Numbered from the whole stretch's first letter, positions 37,450-51,208 are shown. The stretch: 63,932 nt of DNA, filler included, from Octopus bimaculoides (GCF_001194135.2; 8 parts of 8 records of this genome joined end to end with filler, not necessarily neighbours in it), one strand, 5' to 3'. Numbers and translations are program-made. Notes: generated by a model from the letters alone, not told the origin.

Positions 37450-39224
37450 GACGCGGGAAGGGATTCGTTATATAATATATTATCGATCTCAGGACTAATT
37501 TGTTATCTTATTTTATTGACACCGGAGGGATGAAAGGAAAAGTTGGTCTTGGAATGCGCAGAACGGGAAGAAATATCGCAGAGCATTTTTCCGATGCTTT
37601 GATGATTCTAGTAATCCACTTCTGACTGAAAGGTAGACTGTACGACATTTGTATACAAACTGCGAAGCCGCATCGTAGAGAGACGGGACCATTAGAAGCA
37701 AAGGATATGCGAAGGTTGGAAAGATATAAAGTTAACGTTATCTGTTGAATGTTTAATGTCAGTGCGCATGGACGAAGAGGTACAGTTGAGCAGAGGTAAA
37801 AAATGATTATAAGAGAATAGTGCTGATTTCTATTATTGATATAAGACGTATTTCTATGACATAGGGTTAGTCCGTCTATTTAACTATTGCATATTTTATC
37901 GAGTCCAGAAAGGTTTAAAGCAAAGGCGACTTTGATGAGGTCTACCATCAGACTGTCAAGGGACGTAAGTATGTATTTACAGCAAGGCATTTAATACAAC
38001 ATTACCGACTGAGCCATTTCACAGCCTTTATAATGATTAAAATATAAATAACAATAACAATGTAATAACTTATTATTAGGGCGTAATGTAGTGTATATTA
38101 AGAACTAAATATCACCATGGTTGATATTAAATGTAAAAGAGAAAGTTTAAATTTATAATGTTTGATGTATAAATCATTTCATTAAAGTGTTTCATATGAA
38201 GCTTTACAATGAGTATTGTGTAGTTCCACCTTTAAAACTGTTTACCATCCTTATAATATTGGTTTGATATATTAAACTTCTGATATTGCGCCGTTCAATA
38301 TATTGCACATTAAAAAAAAAGAAGAAACTATATATTCAGAATATATTTGGTTCTTCAATTTTTTTTTTCTTTTTCAGTTAAAGTTTCATAAATTACTTCG
38401 AAATTTTCATTTCTTTCTTTTATTTTCAAGTGGATTTTCTTTAAAATTTATGTCTTTTGAACTTCCATATATATTAAGTTAAGATATATATACACACACG
38501 TGTGTGTGTGTGAGTGTGTGTGGGCGTGTGTGTGTGTGTGTATGTACTCTACGCAGTGTGCTATTTTTGAAGATATCTCTAAGTTTTATTTTCAATAGAG
38601 TGGATGTATTTCTAATTTATTCAAAGCATACCATACATTTCTTTTTACTCATTCTTTCTTTCTTTTTAATTTCTTTCCTTTCCATTCATTCTCGTGGCAA
38701 TATCGATGATTCAGTTCTTTAGATTATATATACATAGATAGAGTTAATCAGTTCAAGAATCGTATCAATCCATAAATATGTCTCATAATTCGGATTTTTG
38801 CTGCATTAAGGTAATGAGGTACACTTTAATGCTACTTGGCTAGAGTAATATTCAGTCTATCTCACATAACATTTCCTAGAAAGCATGCTAGTTGTTCCTC
38901 AAACCTAGGTGAACTGAGGTAATGTAGACTTACATGTCTTGCTTAATGCAGTGTAATATAAACAAGCAATACATGAATTTGTCAAATATCTCATTTATTT
39001 AACCATTTCTGGTCTAAAAATACAGAACCGGATTTGGACGAGAAATTATTGACAGAAAAATAATTCAAATTGTCTTGAAATATACTAATGCCATAACTGT
39101 TGTCGGATAATGTTGGCCTGGTAATTTCTAGTGCTGTTGCTATTGTGTTGTTATGGTTGTTGTTTTTCTGGCGCTGGTATACCAAAAAAGGGTTGAATGC
39201 CAGATTAAATATCTTTCAATATTC

Positions 39225-39430
39225 AGCTAGGTTAAGGCGTTGAGCTGGTACACCGGGCAAAATGCTTAGTGGCATTTCGCCCGTCATTACGGGCGAAATT
39301 TTGTCGAGGTTGACTTTGCTTTTCATCTTTTGGGGTCGATAAAGTAAGTACCAGTTAAGTACTGGGGTCGATATAATCGACTTACCTCTACTTCAAAATT
39401 GCTGGCCTTGTCCCAAAATTTGAGACCAAT
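39225..39430 (+). mobile_element. Family E SINE
   Basis: GAGCTGGTACACCGGGCAAAATGCTTAG...TTTGCTTTTCATCTTTTGGGGTCGATAAAGTAAGTACCAG. Confidence 0.82.
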
Positions 39431-39469
39431 ATTTAACTAGCTTTTTTTTTTAATTTTTATTACTGAGAT

Positions 39470-39970
39470 GTACTTGCATAGGAAGTGACCTGATCAGAGA
39501 GATCGTGTGCTGAAACAAAAACAATTGCAGTGTGGAAGGTGTTTATAACACATTTAAAAACACACAAAAACTGTTAGATTCGCTTCAACATTTAAATTTA
39601 ATTTGCCAAAATATTTTTGTCGCTTTGAGACCGCNNNNNNNNNNNNNNNNNNNNNNNNNNNNNNNNNNNNNNNNNNNNNNNNNNNNNNNNNNNNNNNNNN
39701 NNNNNNNNNNNNNNNNNNNNNNNNNNNNNNNNNNNNNNNNNNNNNNNNNNNNNNNNNNNNNNNNNNNNNNNNNNNNNNNNNNNNNNNNNNNNNNNNNNNN
39801 AGAGAGATCGTGTGCTGAAACAAAAACAATTGCAGTGTGGAAGGTGTTTATAAAGCCATTTAAGAAACACACAAAAACCGTTAGATTCGCTTCAACATTT
39901 AAATTTAATTTGTCAAAATATTTTCTTCGCTAAGAGACCGCGACCTGTTCACTGACAAAATTCCGTGCTG
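39470..39970 (-). repeat. Tandem pair of the G3-C8 hammerhead-bearing repeat, split by a gap
   Basis: 39496-39634 and 39801-39970 are similar but not identical; motif at 39909-39959. Confidence 0.85.
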
Positions 39971-40761
39971 CATCTCGTTGTTGTTTTATTCTTATTACTT
40001 TCTGATTACTGTTTATCTTGGTTTCATTTTGTCTTTCACCTTTTAAGGGGTCAATAAATAATCTAGCAATTATATACTTGACTCGATTAAATCAATTATG
40101 TTGTTTCCTCCATAGATTGAATTCCTGTGCCAATTCTAGACGTAACATTTATTATTGTTAATAACTACCGTGCAATATCATGTCTTTCGACCCTGCAAAT
40201 AGATAGTGGTTTCATAAGTCTACAAAATGCAGACGTAAAACGAAAGTCTACATAATGGTTCACGACAAGAATTTACTTTTGAAAACAATGGAACACAAGT
40301 TTACATGTATATTACGATAGATAGACATTTTAATGGCTGTTTACAGTTAGCGTGCTGTTTACAAAATGACGATCATTCAAGGTCAATAAATACTAACAGT
40401 AAGTTATTCGTTGAAAAGCAGGTGGCCATCGAAAATTGAGAAGCATCAATAGGTAATGAAGTGTCTGTTGGTGAAAAACCAGTAAGGAAAGGATAAGAAA
40501 GAACTACACAGTTTGAACGGACGGAGAAATACAAAAAAAAAACAAAAAAAAAAAACACTGTCCGCTGCTATAACAACAAAAAGGAGTATCGTCGTCGTCG
40601 ACCCTCCGGTACAGAGAAGATAGTAATTTACACTTGAAAACTTACTCCCTGCAACGTCAGGATATTGGACGACTAAAAGCAGTCTACCTTCAAAGTGATG
40701 TGGTGAAATACTAAACTGAATGAACTTTGTTGACATCGGAAAAGATTTTTTAAAAATTTTA

Positions 40762-41044
40762 CCAGGCGTGGCTGTGTGGTAAGAAACTCGCTTTCCAACC
40801 ACGTGGTTCCAGGTTCAGTCCCACTGCGTGGCACCTCGGGCAAGTGTTTTCTGCTATAGCCTCGGGCCGACCAAAGCTTTGTGAGTGGATTTGGTTGATT
40901 GAAACACATACATATAAGAGGCCGATGGAATAAGTACCAGGTTTAAAAAATAAATACTGGGGCCGATTCATTCGACTGAAAATTTAAGGCGGTGCCCCAG
41001 CATGGCTGCAGTCTAATGATTGAAACAAGTAAAAGATATGATAA
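40762..41044 (+). mobile_element. Family A SINE with internal deletion
   Basis: Head and tail match 49950-50370; middle segment missing. Confidence 0.88.
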
Positions 41045-41289
41045 ATTATGATAATTGAATGAATCTGAATAATTTATATCGACACCAAAACACAAATGAA
41101 AAGAATCAGTGAGAAATACCACCAACACTAAGACTTCAATTTTTCTCAACTGGTTTTCTCCGTAACTTCTTCGATGTAGTATTTAATATCATCAAAAATG
41201 AAAAATAAGCAAATAGGTAAAAAAAGACACCAAAAAACCCCAAATATTTACGATGTGGAACGGGAATAACAGCAATAATAATAATAATG

Positions 41290-41332
<43 letters not shown>

Positions 41333-41333
<1 letters not shown>

Positions 41334-41602
41334 TCTGGGCCCCTATAACAACTGAAGAGGTCACCCAGACACTACAAACACTAAGCAACTGGAAAGCACC
41401 TGGACACGACAAGATCCCCAATTTCTGGTTAAAACACCTGCCAGCAATGCATAAAAAGCTGGCAGAAAACTTTAACAACATAATAGCAGATCCAGAAACA
41501 ATGCCTGAATGGCTCACAAAAGGGAAAACCATCTTAATCCCCAAATCCACGGAAACGGAGAAACCACAAAACTATAGACCTATAACCTGTCTCCCTACGA
41601 TC
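41333..41602 (+). mobile_element. R4/Dong-clade-like non-LTR retrotransposon RT N-terminal fragment, runs into gap
   Basis: Uninterrupted frame LWAPITTEEVTQTLQTLSNWKAPGHDKIPNFWLKHLPAMHKKLAENFNNIIADPETMPEWLTKGKTILIPKSTETEKPQNYRPITCLPTI. Confidence 0.82.
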
Positions 41603-41702
41603 NNNNNNNNNNNNNNNNNNNNNNNNNNNNNNNNNNNNNNNNNNNNTTAATTAATTAANNNNNNNNNNNNNNNNNNNNNNNNNNNNNNNNNNNNNNNNNN
41701 NN

Positions 41703-42082
41703 AGTTTGTTTAACCATGTCTCTGTGCAATTTCGATGTTTTGGCGTTGATAAATAAAGTCGGGTTTCTTTTAATTTCAGGTTTTTGCATGAACAAACATA
41801 AGCACAATATTTAGAAATTAGAAAAATAAAATTCACTGTTATAGTGATGTAATGAATATTGGGAATCAAAATGCGGAGTAGATAAAACAGTGGACACCTG
41901 ATGAAGGGATTGTTCTTTATGTTGCCTGTCTTGTTTTTCTATTTGTTTCTTTCGTTGTTCGCATGTTTTCCATGTTTTTGTATTTCAAGTTCTCGTTTTC
42001 CATGCTGTTCACGTTTTTTGACGTCCTGTAGCCATATATGCATGTGTATATGCATATATATATATATGTAAGTATGTACATG

Positions 42083-42141
<59 letters not shown>

Positions 42142-42370
42142 NNNNNNNNNNNNNNNNNNNNNNNNNNNNNNNNNNNNNNNNNNNNNNNNNNNNNNNNNNN
42201 NNNNNNNNNNNNNNNNNNNNNNNNNNNNNNNNNNNNNNNNNNNNNNNNNNNNNNNNNNNNNNNNNNNNNNNNNNNNNNNNATTAAAGAAAGCAAAAAAAT
42301 GAAACAAAAATTATAGTGTTCAGTATGTTGGCGACAGAAATTTATGTCAAAGAGACATGGTTAAACAAAG
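41703..42370. repeat. Element bracketed by 19-bp inverted repeat
   Basis: TTTGTTTAACCATGTCTCT (41705) / AGAGACATGGTTAAACAAA (42351). Confidence 0.65.
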
Positions 42371-42924
42371 TCGTACATCATCTCTCTCTTTCTCTCACAT
42401 ACCCACTCTTTCTCTCACTCTGCGAAATTAGTTTTCGCATTTATTATATTAGAAGTAAAATGCAAAAAGGGTATTGAAAATAAAGCAAGAGGACATATAT
42501 AAATAAATATATGTATATATTTGATATCTTCGTTATTGTAACATGTGTGTTATGTAATGTGTGTGTATGTATGCACATGTATATATATATATATATATGT
42601 ATATATATGTACACACACGACATAATTTCACCGGACACTATTAATGGTTCAAATATTTATACGATTATAAGAACACATACTTCTACAAGACCACTATTAT
42701 CTGATATAGGATACCAATTTTAGAAACTTATACCTTGTTAATGCTTAATGCAATGTCAGAACATATAAGATCCAGCATGTTGATTGAACTATGCGCTTTT
42801 TGAGTGTAAAAATCTTGACTGAGAAAAGCGCTTAACTGTCGCAAACTACAAATAGCTGTGATAGTAATAATAAAAACAATTCAAATATATTCAGTCGACG
42901 GGCATCGGTATAAACAAGCATCAG

Positions 42925-42937
42925 AGAGATAGAGAGA

Positions 42938-42976
<39 letters not shown>

Positions 42977-43066
42977 NNNNNNNNNNNNNNNNNNNNNNNN
43001 NNNNNNNNNNNNNNNNNNNNNNNNNNNNNNNNNNNNNNNNNNNNNNNNNNNNNNNNNNNNNNNNNN

Positions 43067-43115
<49 letters not shown>
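42925..43115. repeat. (GA)n microsatellite with gap
   Basis: Direct reading. Confidence 0.95.
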
Positions 43116-43119
<4 letters not shown>

Positions 43120-45850
43120 ACAGGTAGAGAAAGTAACTGGTTTTTATACTGTCGGATTAAATGCTATGCGCCATTTGTGACGGTTTCTTGCACTCTGATT
43201 TAAAATCAAGGCGCAATCAACTTTGCATTTCATCATTTCGTTGTTGATAAAAAAGAGAAAAAGGACCCATCCAAGGCGTTGTACTGTGCTGACGGATTCG
43301 GATTTCGTGAATGCATGTTGGCAGTGAGCGTACATTATTGAGAACACTAACGAAACAGAAATACATTCGACATTCGTATATTTACACACACACACACACA
43401 CACTTGTTTGTGCGTATGTTTTTATACATGAGTTATTTATATGTGTTATTTATATTTATATTGCATTGTTTCTGAACTAATTGTTTGGGTGTATCTATTT
43501 ATATGATCAAAAGCTTGTGTGTGCATATGAGAGTATATGTGAGCGTGTACGTACGGTTATTTACGTAATTCATAAGATCCGTTTATGCAATCTACGTGAA
43601 TATATTTCAGACGTCTATCATGACAAAGGATTTTACGAACATATATATATAAATATACAAACATATTGCCAGTGTGTGCGTGTGTATGTAGAAATTTGCG
43701 TTAGTTCTATAAATAGAACTCTTTTATTTGTGTGTAAATTTTGTCGCCCTCTTTATATGTTTAGTATAGTCTCCAGGTGAATGAGTATATATGTGTGTGT
43801 ATGTGTGTGTATTGTATCTATACAAGCATGAGTAATAATGTGGCTACATATTATGTTTTGTATTTGTGAATGTGAACGTACGACAGTACAGAGACCTTCC
43901 CAAGTTGTTAAGAAGTTCAACCTTTATCGATGAGGTTCATCGTTCAAGCGGACAGTTAGTCATCTTAAGGATCTACGTTTACGATAGGTTCATGAAGTCT
44001 TGGGAATAAAATTGAGTCGACGGAAACTGTGTGGAAGCTGGTTGGATGAGATGTACACTTCGTAGCTTCAACCTCGTCAGATGGTGCGTCACTCTGTTTC
44101 TGCTTGAGGTTCATGTCAAGTGTACATGTACAATAGAAACGGAGAAAAACACAAACACACACTCACACACACACACACACAATCATCACAATGCGCATTC
44201 AGTCGTTCTCTACTAATTACATATCAATTTAACTAGTAGTTCAGAACGACTGAATACGCATTGTGATGATTGTGATGATTAATTGTGTGTGTGTGTGTGT
44301 GTGTGTTTATGTGTTTTCTATGTTTCTATTGCAAGTATTTTACAGCGTAGCAATTTCCAACTTTCAAATTGAACCCATTTCAAACAAACGGGCTGGCCTC
44401 CACGCCAACTCTAAGAGCAGTGCTCTTGACCATTTACAGAGGTTCAAAGATTGGTGGAAAGGAGGAAGGTAGCTACAAACTGGAGACCTGGCTCGAATGC
44501 TTGCAACGGGGGGACTCCGCTAAATTGTTAAGTGGTGGTATTAAACCAGGTATCGGATTAAGTCTACTTCCAAAATTGGTGGCATTTGAACTCAGAACGC
44601 AAATATCTTTCAATTACACTTTACTATTTTAAAAAGGAAAAGACACTTTGACTATTGTTGTACATAATAAACAAACAGACGGGAAGATTACGTCTGATGA
44701 AACAGTCTACGGTAAAATAGCAACAACAGTCAAGTCTACGTTAAATCTCACTCTGTTATCTTAAAAATAGGATTTATTTCATAATGTAAATTTCAATGTT
44801 TTGGTCAAGGCGGGAGCATCTTTGATTTAGAATTAAACAACAAGAATAACAACTCGTGTTTCGAATGAGCCAACAGGGAGACGACTGAAGAGTTGCTAAA
44901 AATAGTACTAAATCTTTCAGGCGACTTAATAAAATAAAAGACATGTCAGATAAAGTAGTACTGGATTGACCATGTCTGAAACAACAAACAAAACATAGCC
45001 ATGTCTTGAGCCTGCTTTTTGGTCATGAGTTGACTGGATCAGTGCTGTTCTCACAATAAACATCTACAAACTAATGAGTGACTTTCTGTGAATGAACGGC
45101 TAAAAATAACAAACAGATGTCCCTCAAATCACATTAAAAGACATGTTGGATGCATTGTGTTTGGAAAAAGAAATATTAGCGATATAAGTGAATCTACCTC
45201 AAAGGGGCATTGTACATAGTAAATACACATACGGCAGGTTCTCCCGTATGTAACCAAGGGAGTATAAAACTTCGATTAAATGGAATTATCGAAGCAATTA
45301 GTTCTAAATAAACATTGTGTAATGGATGTTTAAAATCTGAAAGAAACGACGAGGATGTAATTAAGTGCAATATTATTGGTTAAACCTAAGTATTTGTAAA
45401 ATAAATACGACGTGGAGGAAGAGTGGTTCTTGTTCTTAAAGTGAAACTGTGAAAGTAGCAGACATGTTTCAGTGGGGTATGATATACAGAAAAGATTTGG
45501 ATGCTATTTCTAGCCGACTAAGTCACCACATAGTAACTACTTTTGTTTGTTAATCGGAAGACGTAAACATAATCAATACACTGTCATGTAAAAAACTGTA
45601 ACAGATTAAGTAAAAAAAGGAAGATCGTTAAGATAAACAAGAAATAGTATTATTTTACAAGTGAGGAATTAAGAGGAGATTAAAGGGTTAGATTTGTGTT
45701 TCTGTGGGAACTTTTGATGAGGACAGTCAGTGGCAGTTGCTTTAATGCCTCCCCACCGGTCCTTCGGCACAAATTATAGACGCTTTATTAGAGTGGAAAG
45801 GGACTTGTGAAGGGTTCCGTATGTCTGTCTGTCTGTCTGTATCTGTTTGC

Positions 45851-45920
<70 letters not shown>

Positions 45921-46234
45921 ATATATATATATATAATGGATTCAGACACAAACATATAAAATGATGAATTCGTAGGAACAATAAAAATTGAAAAAAACTT
46001 TTGCGTAAAGCGTTGTAGCAAAGGGCTCAATAAATAGAAATACAAATTTAAGTTTTGAGGGATATATATTGAAATTAATAGAGGATAATGCTACAAAGAT
46101 ATTTGAAAATAAACACACACAAGGCATATTAAAATAGCATATATATTTTTCTCCGGACAGAAACTCCTGTTTTTAACGGTACTACTTTTAATATAAAACA
46201 TGTTCGTTGTTATTCATCATAAAATAACGATTAC

Positions 46235-46272
<38 letters not shown>

Positions 46273-46344
46273 TCCTATGAGTGCGTATAAATATATATGT
46301 ATACAAATATGTGTATGTTTACAAACGCACATGCATACGCATAC

Positions 46345-46379
<35 letters not shown>

Positions 46380-46421
46380 CACACGCATATGTATATATAT
46401 AAATATATATATATATATATC

Positions 46422-46469
<48 letters not shown>

Positions 46470-46821
46470 CATATATATACTTGCAGGTATACATGCACAC
46501 GCACATAATGTATATATATTTATATACATATATATATGTATGATTTTATGAATGAGGAAAGTTGTGAGAAATGTATTTTTAAGATTTTCTATATATTTTC
46601 AAGATGTAAATTTTTCTTTGGAGTTGTTTCAAATATTAAGTGAATTGTTGCTATTATCCTGCNNNNNNNNNNNNNNNNNNNNNNNNNNNNNNNNNNNNNN
46701 NNNNNNTTAATTAATTAANNNNNNNNNNNNNNNNNNNNNNNNNNNNNNNNNNNNNNNNNNNNTTTCACGCTCATTTATTATTTTCATTTATTCTTTCATT
46801 TATCTAATTTTGTCACAGTTT

Positions 46822-48810
46822 GGCTACTGACAAGATCTGTGGATGGTGGAAAGTCCCCTCTCGACCCAAGGTAATGTGGTGGTGGAACAATGTAGTTGAC
46901 AGGGCCATTAGGGAAAAGAAACAGGCTTGGGAGGACTGGAAGAACGGTGGTAGTAGGGAATTGTATCAGCTTGCCAGAAGGGAAGCTAGGAGACAGGTTT
47001 ACTTAGCTAGAGGGGAAGCAGATAAGAAAAAATTTGCCAAGGTTCTGTGTTGTGAGGACTAAAGATTTGAAGTGTTTTCGTGTTGCAAGACTGTGAGAGA
47101 CTCGTGATGTCATAGGAGAGAAATTTGTCTGCATGGATGATGGATCACTTGCATTTAATGAGGCTGCAGAGAGATGTGGAGACGCCAATATGAAAGGTTG
47201 TTAAATGAAGAGAATGAATTGGAGAAAGAGAGTCTGCCGAATGTCGACCCAACAGAGGGACCAGCTATCTCAATTGACAGTACCTTGGTAGATAAAGCAA
47301 TTAAGGGTGTGAAGACAGGGAAAGCCCCTGGCCCATCAGGAATCACCATAGAGATGCTTAAAATATCTAGCGGTGTCGGCTATAGTCTAGTCACCCATAT
47401 AGACATTCAGGTGATGTGTGAAAGAGTCATACCCAATGACTGGTGTAGCAGCACCATAGTCAACTGCTACAAAGGTAGGAATAATTACAGAGGCATCAAG
47501 TTGTTGGATCAGGTAATGAAAGTCACAGAGAGGATCATAGCCCAGCTAATTAGGGAAAGAGTTAGTTTAGACAAAATGCAGTTTGGGTTTGTACCAGGGA
47601 AAAGCACCACTGATGTAACATTTCTGGTAAGGCATCTGCAGGAGAAATAGCTGGCCAAAGATAAACCTCTGTACTTGGCTTTTGTTGACTTGGAGAAAGC
47701 CTTTGACAGGGTCCCCCGATCCCTTATCTGGTGCTCAATGCAGAAACTGGGGATAGATGAGTGGTTGGTAAGAGCTGTACAAGTCCTGTACAGGGATGCT
47801 GTCAGTAAAGTGAGGGTTGGCAACATGTATAGTGAAGAATTCCAAGTAAAAGTAAGGGTTCACCAAGGATCTGTCCTCAGCCCCCTCTTATTCATCATAG
47901 TCCTCCAGGCAATAACAGAGGAATTCAAGACAGGCTGCCCTGGGAACTCCTTTATGCTGATGACCTTGCCCTAATAGCTGAGTCACTGCCAGAACTAAAG
48001 ACGAAGTTTAGGGTGTGGAAGCAAGGTCTGGAATTGAAGGGCTTTAGGGTCAACCTAGCAGAAACCAAAGTTTTAGTAAGTAAGAAGGCAGACAAATCAC
48101 AAACCCCTTCAGGTAGATGGCCCTGCTCGATCTGTAGAAAAGGCACAGGTAGAAACTCCATATGAAGTACCCGGTGTAAGCTGTAGACACACAAAAGGTG
48201 CAGTAATATCAAAGGAAGGTTAACTGGGAAGATGACAGATGCACAGGAGCAAAAAAGACTGAAGATGTACAGAAAACAGATTCCATCAAATGCCAGGGGA
48301 AAAAACTAGAGGTAGTTGATAGCTTTTGCTTCCTAGGGGACCAAATCTGTTGTGGGGGTGATTGCTCTGAGAGTGTAGCGGCTAGAATAAGAATAGCCTG
48401 GGCAAATTTCAGGGAGCTCCTATCTCTGCTGGCAACTAAGGGCCTGTCACTCAGGGTGAAAGGTAGACTGTATAATGCATGTGTGCGAACTGCCATGCTA
48501 CACAGCAGTGAAACATGGGCCATGACTGCTGAGGACATGCGTAGGCTTGAAAGAAATGAAGCTAGTATGATCTGCTGGATGTGTAATGTTAGTGTGCAAA
48601 CACGACAGAGTGTGAACGCCTTGGGAGATAAGTTGGACATAAGAAGCATCAGATGTGGTGTGCAAGAGAGACGACTGTGCTTGTATGGTGATGTGTTAGG
48701 TCTGGATGAGGACAGCTAAGTGAGGAAGTGCCACACCCTAATTGTGGAAGAGATGGATCCAGGAAGACATGGGATGAGGTGGTGAAGTATGACCTTTGAT
48801 ATGCTGTGAT
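46822..48810 (+). mobile_element. Decayed RTE-clade LINE reverse transcriptase pseudo-ORF (~2 kb)
   Basis: KAPGPSG, NYRGIKLL, QFGFVPGKSTTD, FVDLEKAFDRVPR, VHQGSVLSPLLF, LLYADDL (frameshifted), DSFCFLG, KGRLYNACVRTAMLHSSETW; stops (e.g. 47648) and an 18-bp in-frame deletion at ~47468 relative to the 1-316 copy. Confidence 0.96.
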
Positions 48811-49759
48811 CGAGAAGCAAAGCTCGCTTCTTAACCACACACCCCAAAGAAAGAAAAAGAAAACAGACAAACAAAATGGAAGCGAAAAGAATAAAACATG
48901 TAACTGCATTTATTTATCTATTTACTTTAAAAAAAATTTTTTTTTTTTCTGTTTCTTTCCAGTTGTAAGAACATTGCACCTTCCGAGGAGAAGCTCTATG
49001 GACCNNNNNNNNNNNNNNNNNNNNNNNNNNNNNNNNNNNNNNNNNNNNNNNNNNNNNNNNNNNNNNNNNNNNNNNNNNNNNNNNNNNNNNNNNNNNNNNN
49101 NNNNNNNNNNNNNNNNNNNNNNNNNNNNNNNNNNNNNNNNNNNNNNNNNNNNNNNNNNNNNNNNNNNNNNNNNNNNNNNNNNNNNNNNNNNNNNNNNNNN
49201 NNNNNNNNNNNNNNNNNNNNNNNNNNNNNNNNNNNNNNNNNNNNNNNNNNNNNNNNNNNNNNNNNNNNNNNNNNNNNNNNNNNNNNNNNNNNNNNNNNNN
49301 NNNNNNNNNNNNNNNNNNNNNNNNNNNNNNNNNNNNNNNNNNNNNNNNNNNNNNNNNNNNNNNNNNNNNNNNNNNNNNNNNNNNNNNNNNNNNNNNNNNN
49401 NNNNNNNNNNNNNNNNNNNNNNNNNNNNNNNNNNNNNNNNNNNNNNNNNNNNNNNNNNNNNNNNNNNNNNNNNNNNNNNNNNNNNNNNNNNNNNNNNNNN
49501 NNNNNNNNNNNNNNNNNNNNNNNNNNNNNNNNNNNNNNNNNNNNNNNNNNNNNNNNNNNNNNNNNNNNNNNNNNNNNNNNNNNNNNNNNNNNNNNNNNNN
49601 NNNNNNNNNNNNNNNNNNNNNNNNNNNNNNNNNNNNNNNNNNNNNNNNNNNNNNNNNNNNNNNNNNNNNNNNNNNNNNNNNNNNNNNNNNNNNNNNNNNN
49701 NNNNNNNNNNNNNNNNNNNNNNNNNNNNNNNNNNNNNNNNNNNNNNNNNNNNNNNNNNG

Positions 49760-49900
49760 ATTAAAAAACTTGTAAATAGATGGAAAGAAGTCATAGATAA
49801 TGAAGGAAAGTACTTTGAAGATTAAATTTTAATTAAATATAACATTTGATCACTTGTTTTCTTTATTCAAAATTCAGACAGAAATTATGGGATGACCTGA
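49760..49900 (+). mobile_element. Mariner 3' end (transposase C-terminus + TIR); rest probably in gap
   Basis: IKKLVNRWKEVIDNEGKYFED* followed by AATTATGGGATGACCTGA|TA. Confidence 0.85.
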
Positions 49901-49949
49901 TAGATAATCCTGCAAAATGAAATTTAATTAGTTTAAATATGTTCAAATA

Positions 49950-50120
49950 GGCGCAGGAGTGGCTGTGTGGTAAGTAGCTTACTTACAAACCACATGGTTC
50001 TGGGTTCAGTCCCACTGCATGGCATCTTGGGCAAGTGTCTTCTACTATAGCCTTGGGCCGACCAAAGCCTTGTGAGTGGATTTGGTAGACGGAAACTGAA
50101 AGAAGCCTGTCGTATATATG

Positions 50121-50153
<33 letters not shown>

Positions 50154-50370
50154 ACATGTTTGTGTGTCTGTGTTTGTCCCCCCAACATCGCTTGACAAAC
50201 GATGGTGGTATGTTTACGTCCCCGTAAGCTAGCAGCTCGGCAAAAGAGACTGATAGAATAAGTACTAGGCTTACAAAGAATAAGTCCTGGGGTCGATTTA
50301 CTTGACTAAAGGCGGTGCCCCAGCATGGCCTCAGTCAGATGGCTGAAACAAGTAAAAGAGTAAGAGTAAA
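49950..50370 (+). mobile_element. Family A SINE, full length
   Basis: tRNA-like head, internal TA/TG microsatellite, GAAACAAGTAAAAGAGTAAGAGTAA tail. Confidence 0.93.
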
Positions 50371-50656
50371 TACATATAATTATTACTTGATGCCATCAGA
50401 CATTCTAAAACACTGTTAAAAGATTTACAAATCGAAAATATAGGAGTTCAGACATTACATATGGGTTGACCCGATATTTTTTTCTTTCAATTTACTTCTT
50501 TCACCTTTTGTATTTTTGTAACCTGTTCATGCAATGTCTTTAACTTGTCTGCCCTTCTGACAAATAAAAGAAATTTCTTCTATTGTTTGTGGTTTTTGAT
50601 TACCTTGCATACACGTCTATGGAATTCTGCTCAGATGATTTCTTTTAGTATCATTT

Positions 50657-50733
50657 GATGGTTTAGCTTAGTCGGTCAAAGCATCGTGACATGTAATCAC
50701 GGGGATGTGAGTTCGTGTCCACAGCTAGCCATC
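50657..50733 (+). pseudogene. tRNA-like remnant or SINE head (TGT, Thr-like loop)
   Basis: GATGGTT/AGCCATC acceptor-like pairing, GCTT/AAGC D stem, CGTGA/TCACG stem around CATGTAA; T arm defective, extra bases. Confidence 0.45.
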
Positions 50734-51208
50734 TACACTTTTCTCTGCAAAATAGGGGTAGTTTATCCTGTTCAGGCTATATTAGCATTATTCTGCGATT
50801 GAGAATTTAAAATCACTTCTTTAACTTATTAAAAAAAGAATTTTTTTAGTTGTGTTTGTGTTACTAAGGAGCTTGCTTTGCAACCTTGCGATTTCAAGTT
50901 CAAACCCACTGTGCAGCACCTTGAGCATGTGTCTTCTAATGTAGCTCTGGTTGAGTGAACTTTGACAGAAACTGTGTGGAAGCTTGTCGTGTATATGTGC
51001 AAAGCAAGAAAATGAGTTTCTTAATTACATAGCCATTCATTAAGAACTCAGGTGATATTACACCTAATTGTTGTTGGCACTCCGTCGCTTACCACGCCGA
51101 GGGTTCCAGTTGATCCGATCAACGGAACAGCCTGCTCGTGAAANNNNNNNNNNAAGAGAATAAAAGAATATATACGCTGGTATGTAATATGCTTCTTTTT
51201 TTTTTAAC

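Noticed and set aside
44050-44095. CTGACGA...GAAG TGTACA on the minus strand
   Set aside because: A15.1 missing, stems I and II unsupported.
48930-49004. Strong acceptor-like TTTCTTTCCAG followed by a short open stretch
   Set aside because: Only ~40 bp before a gap that probably holds a mariner; cannot be supported.
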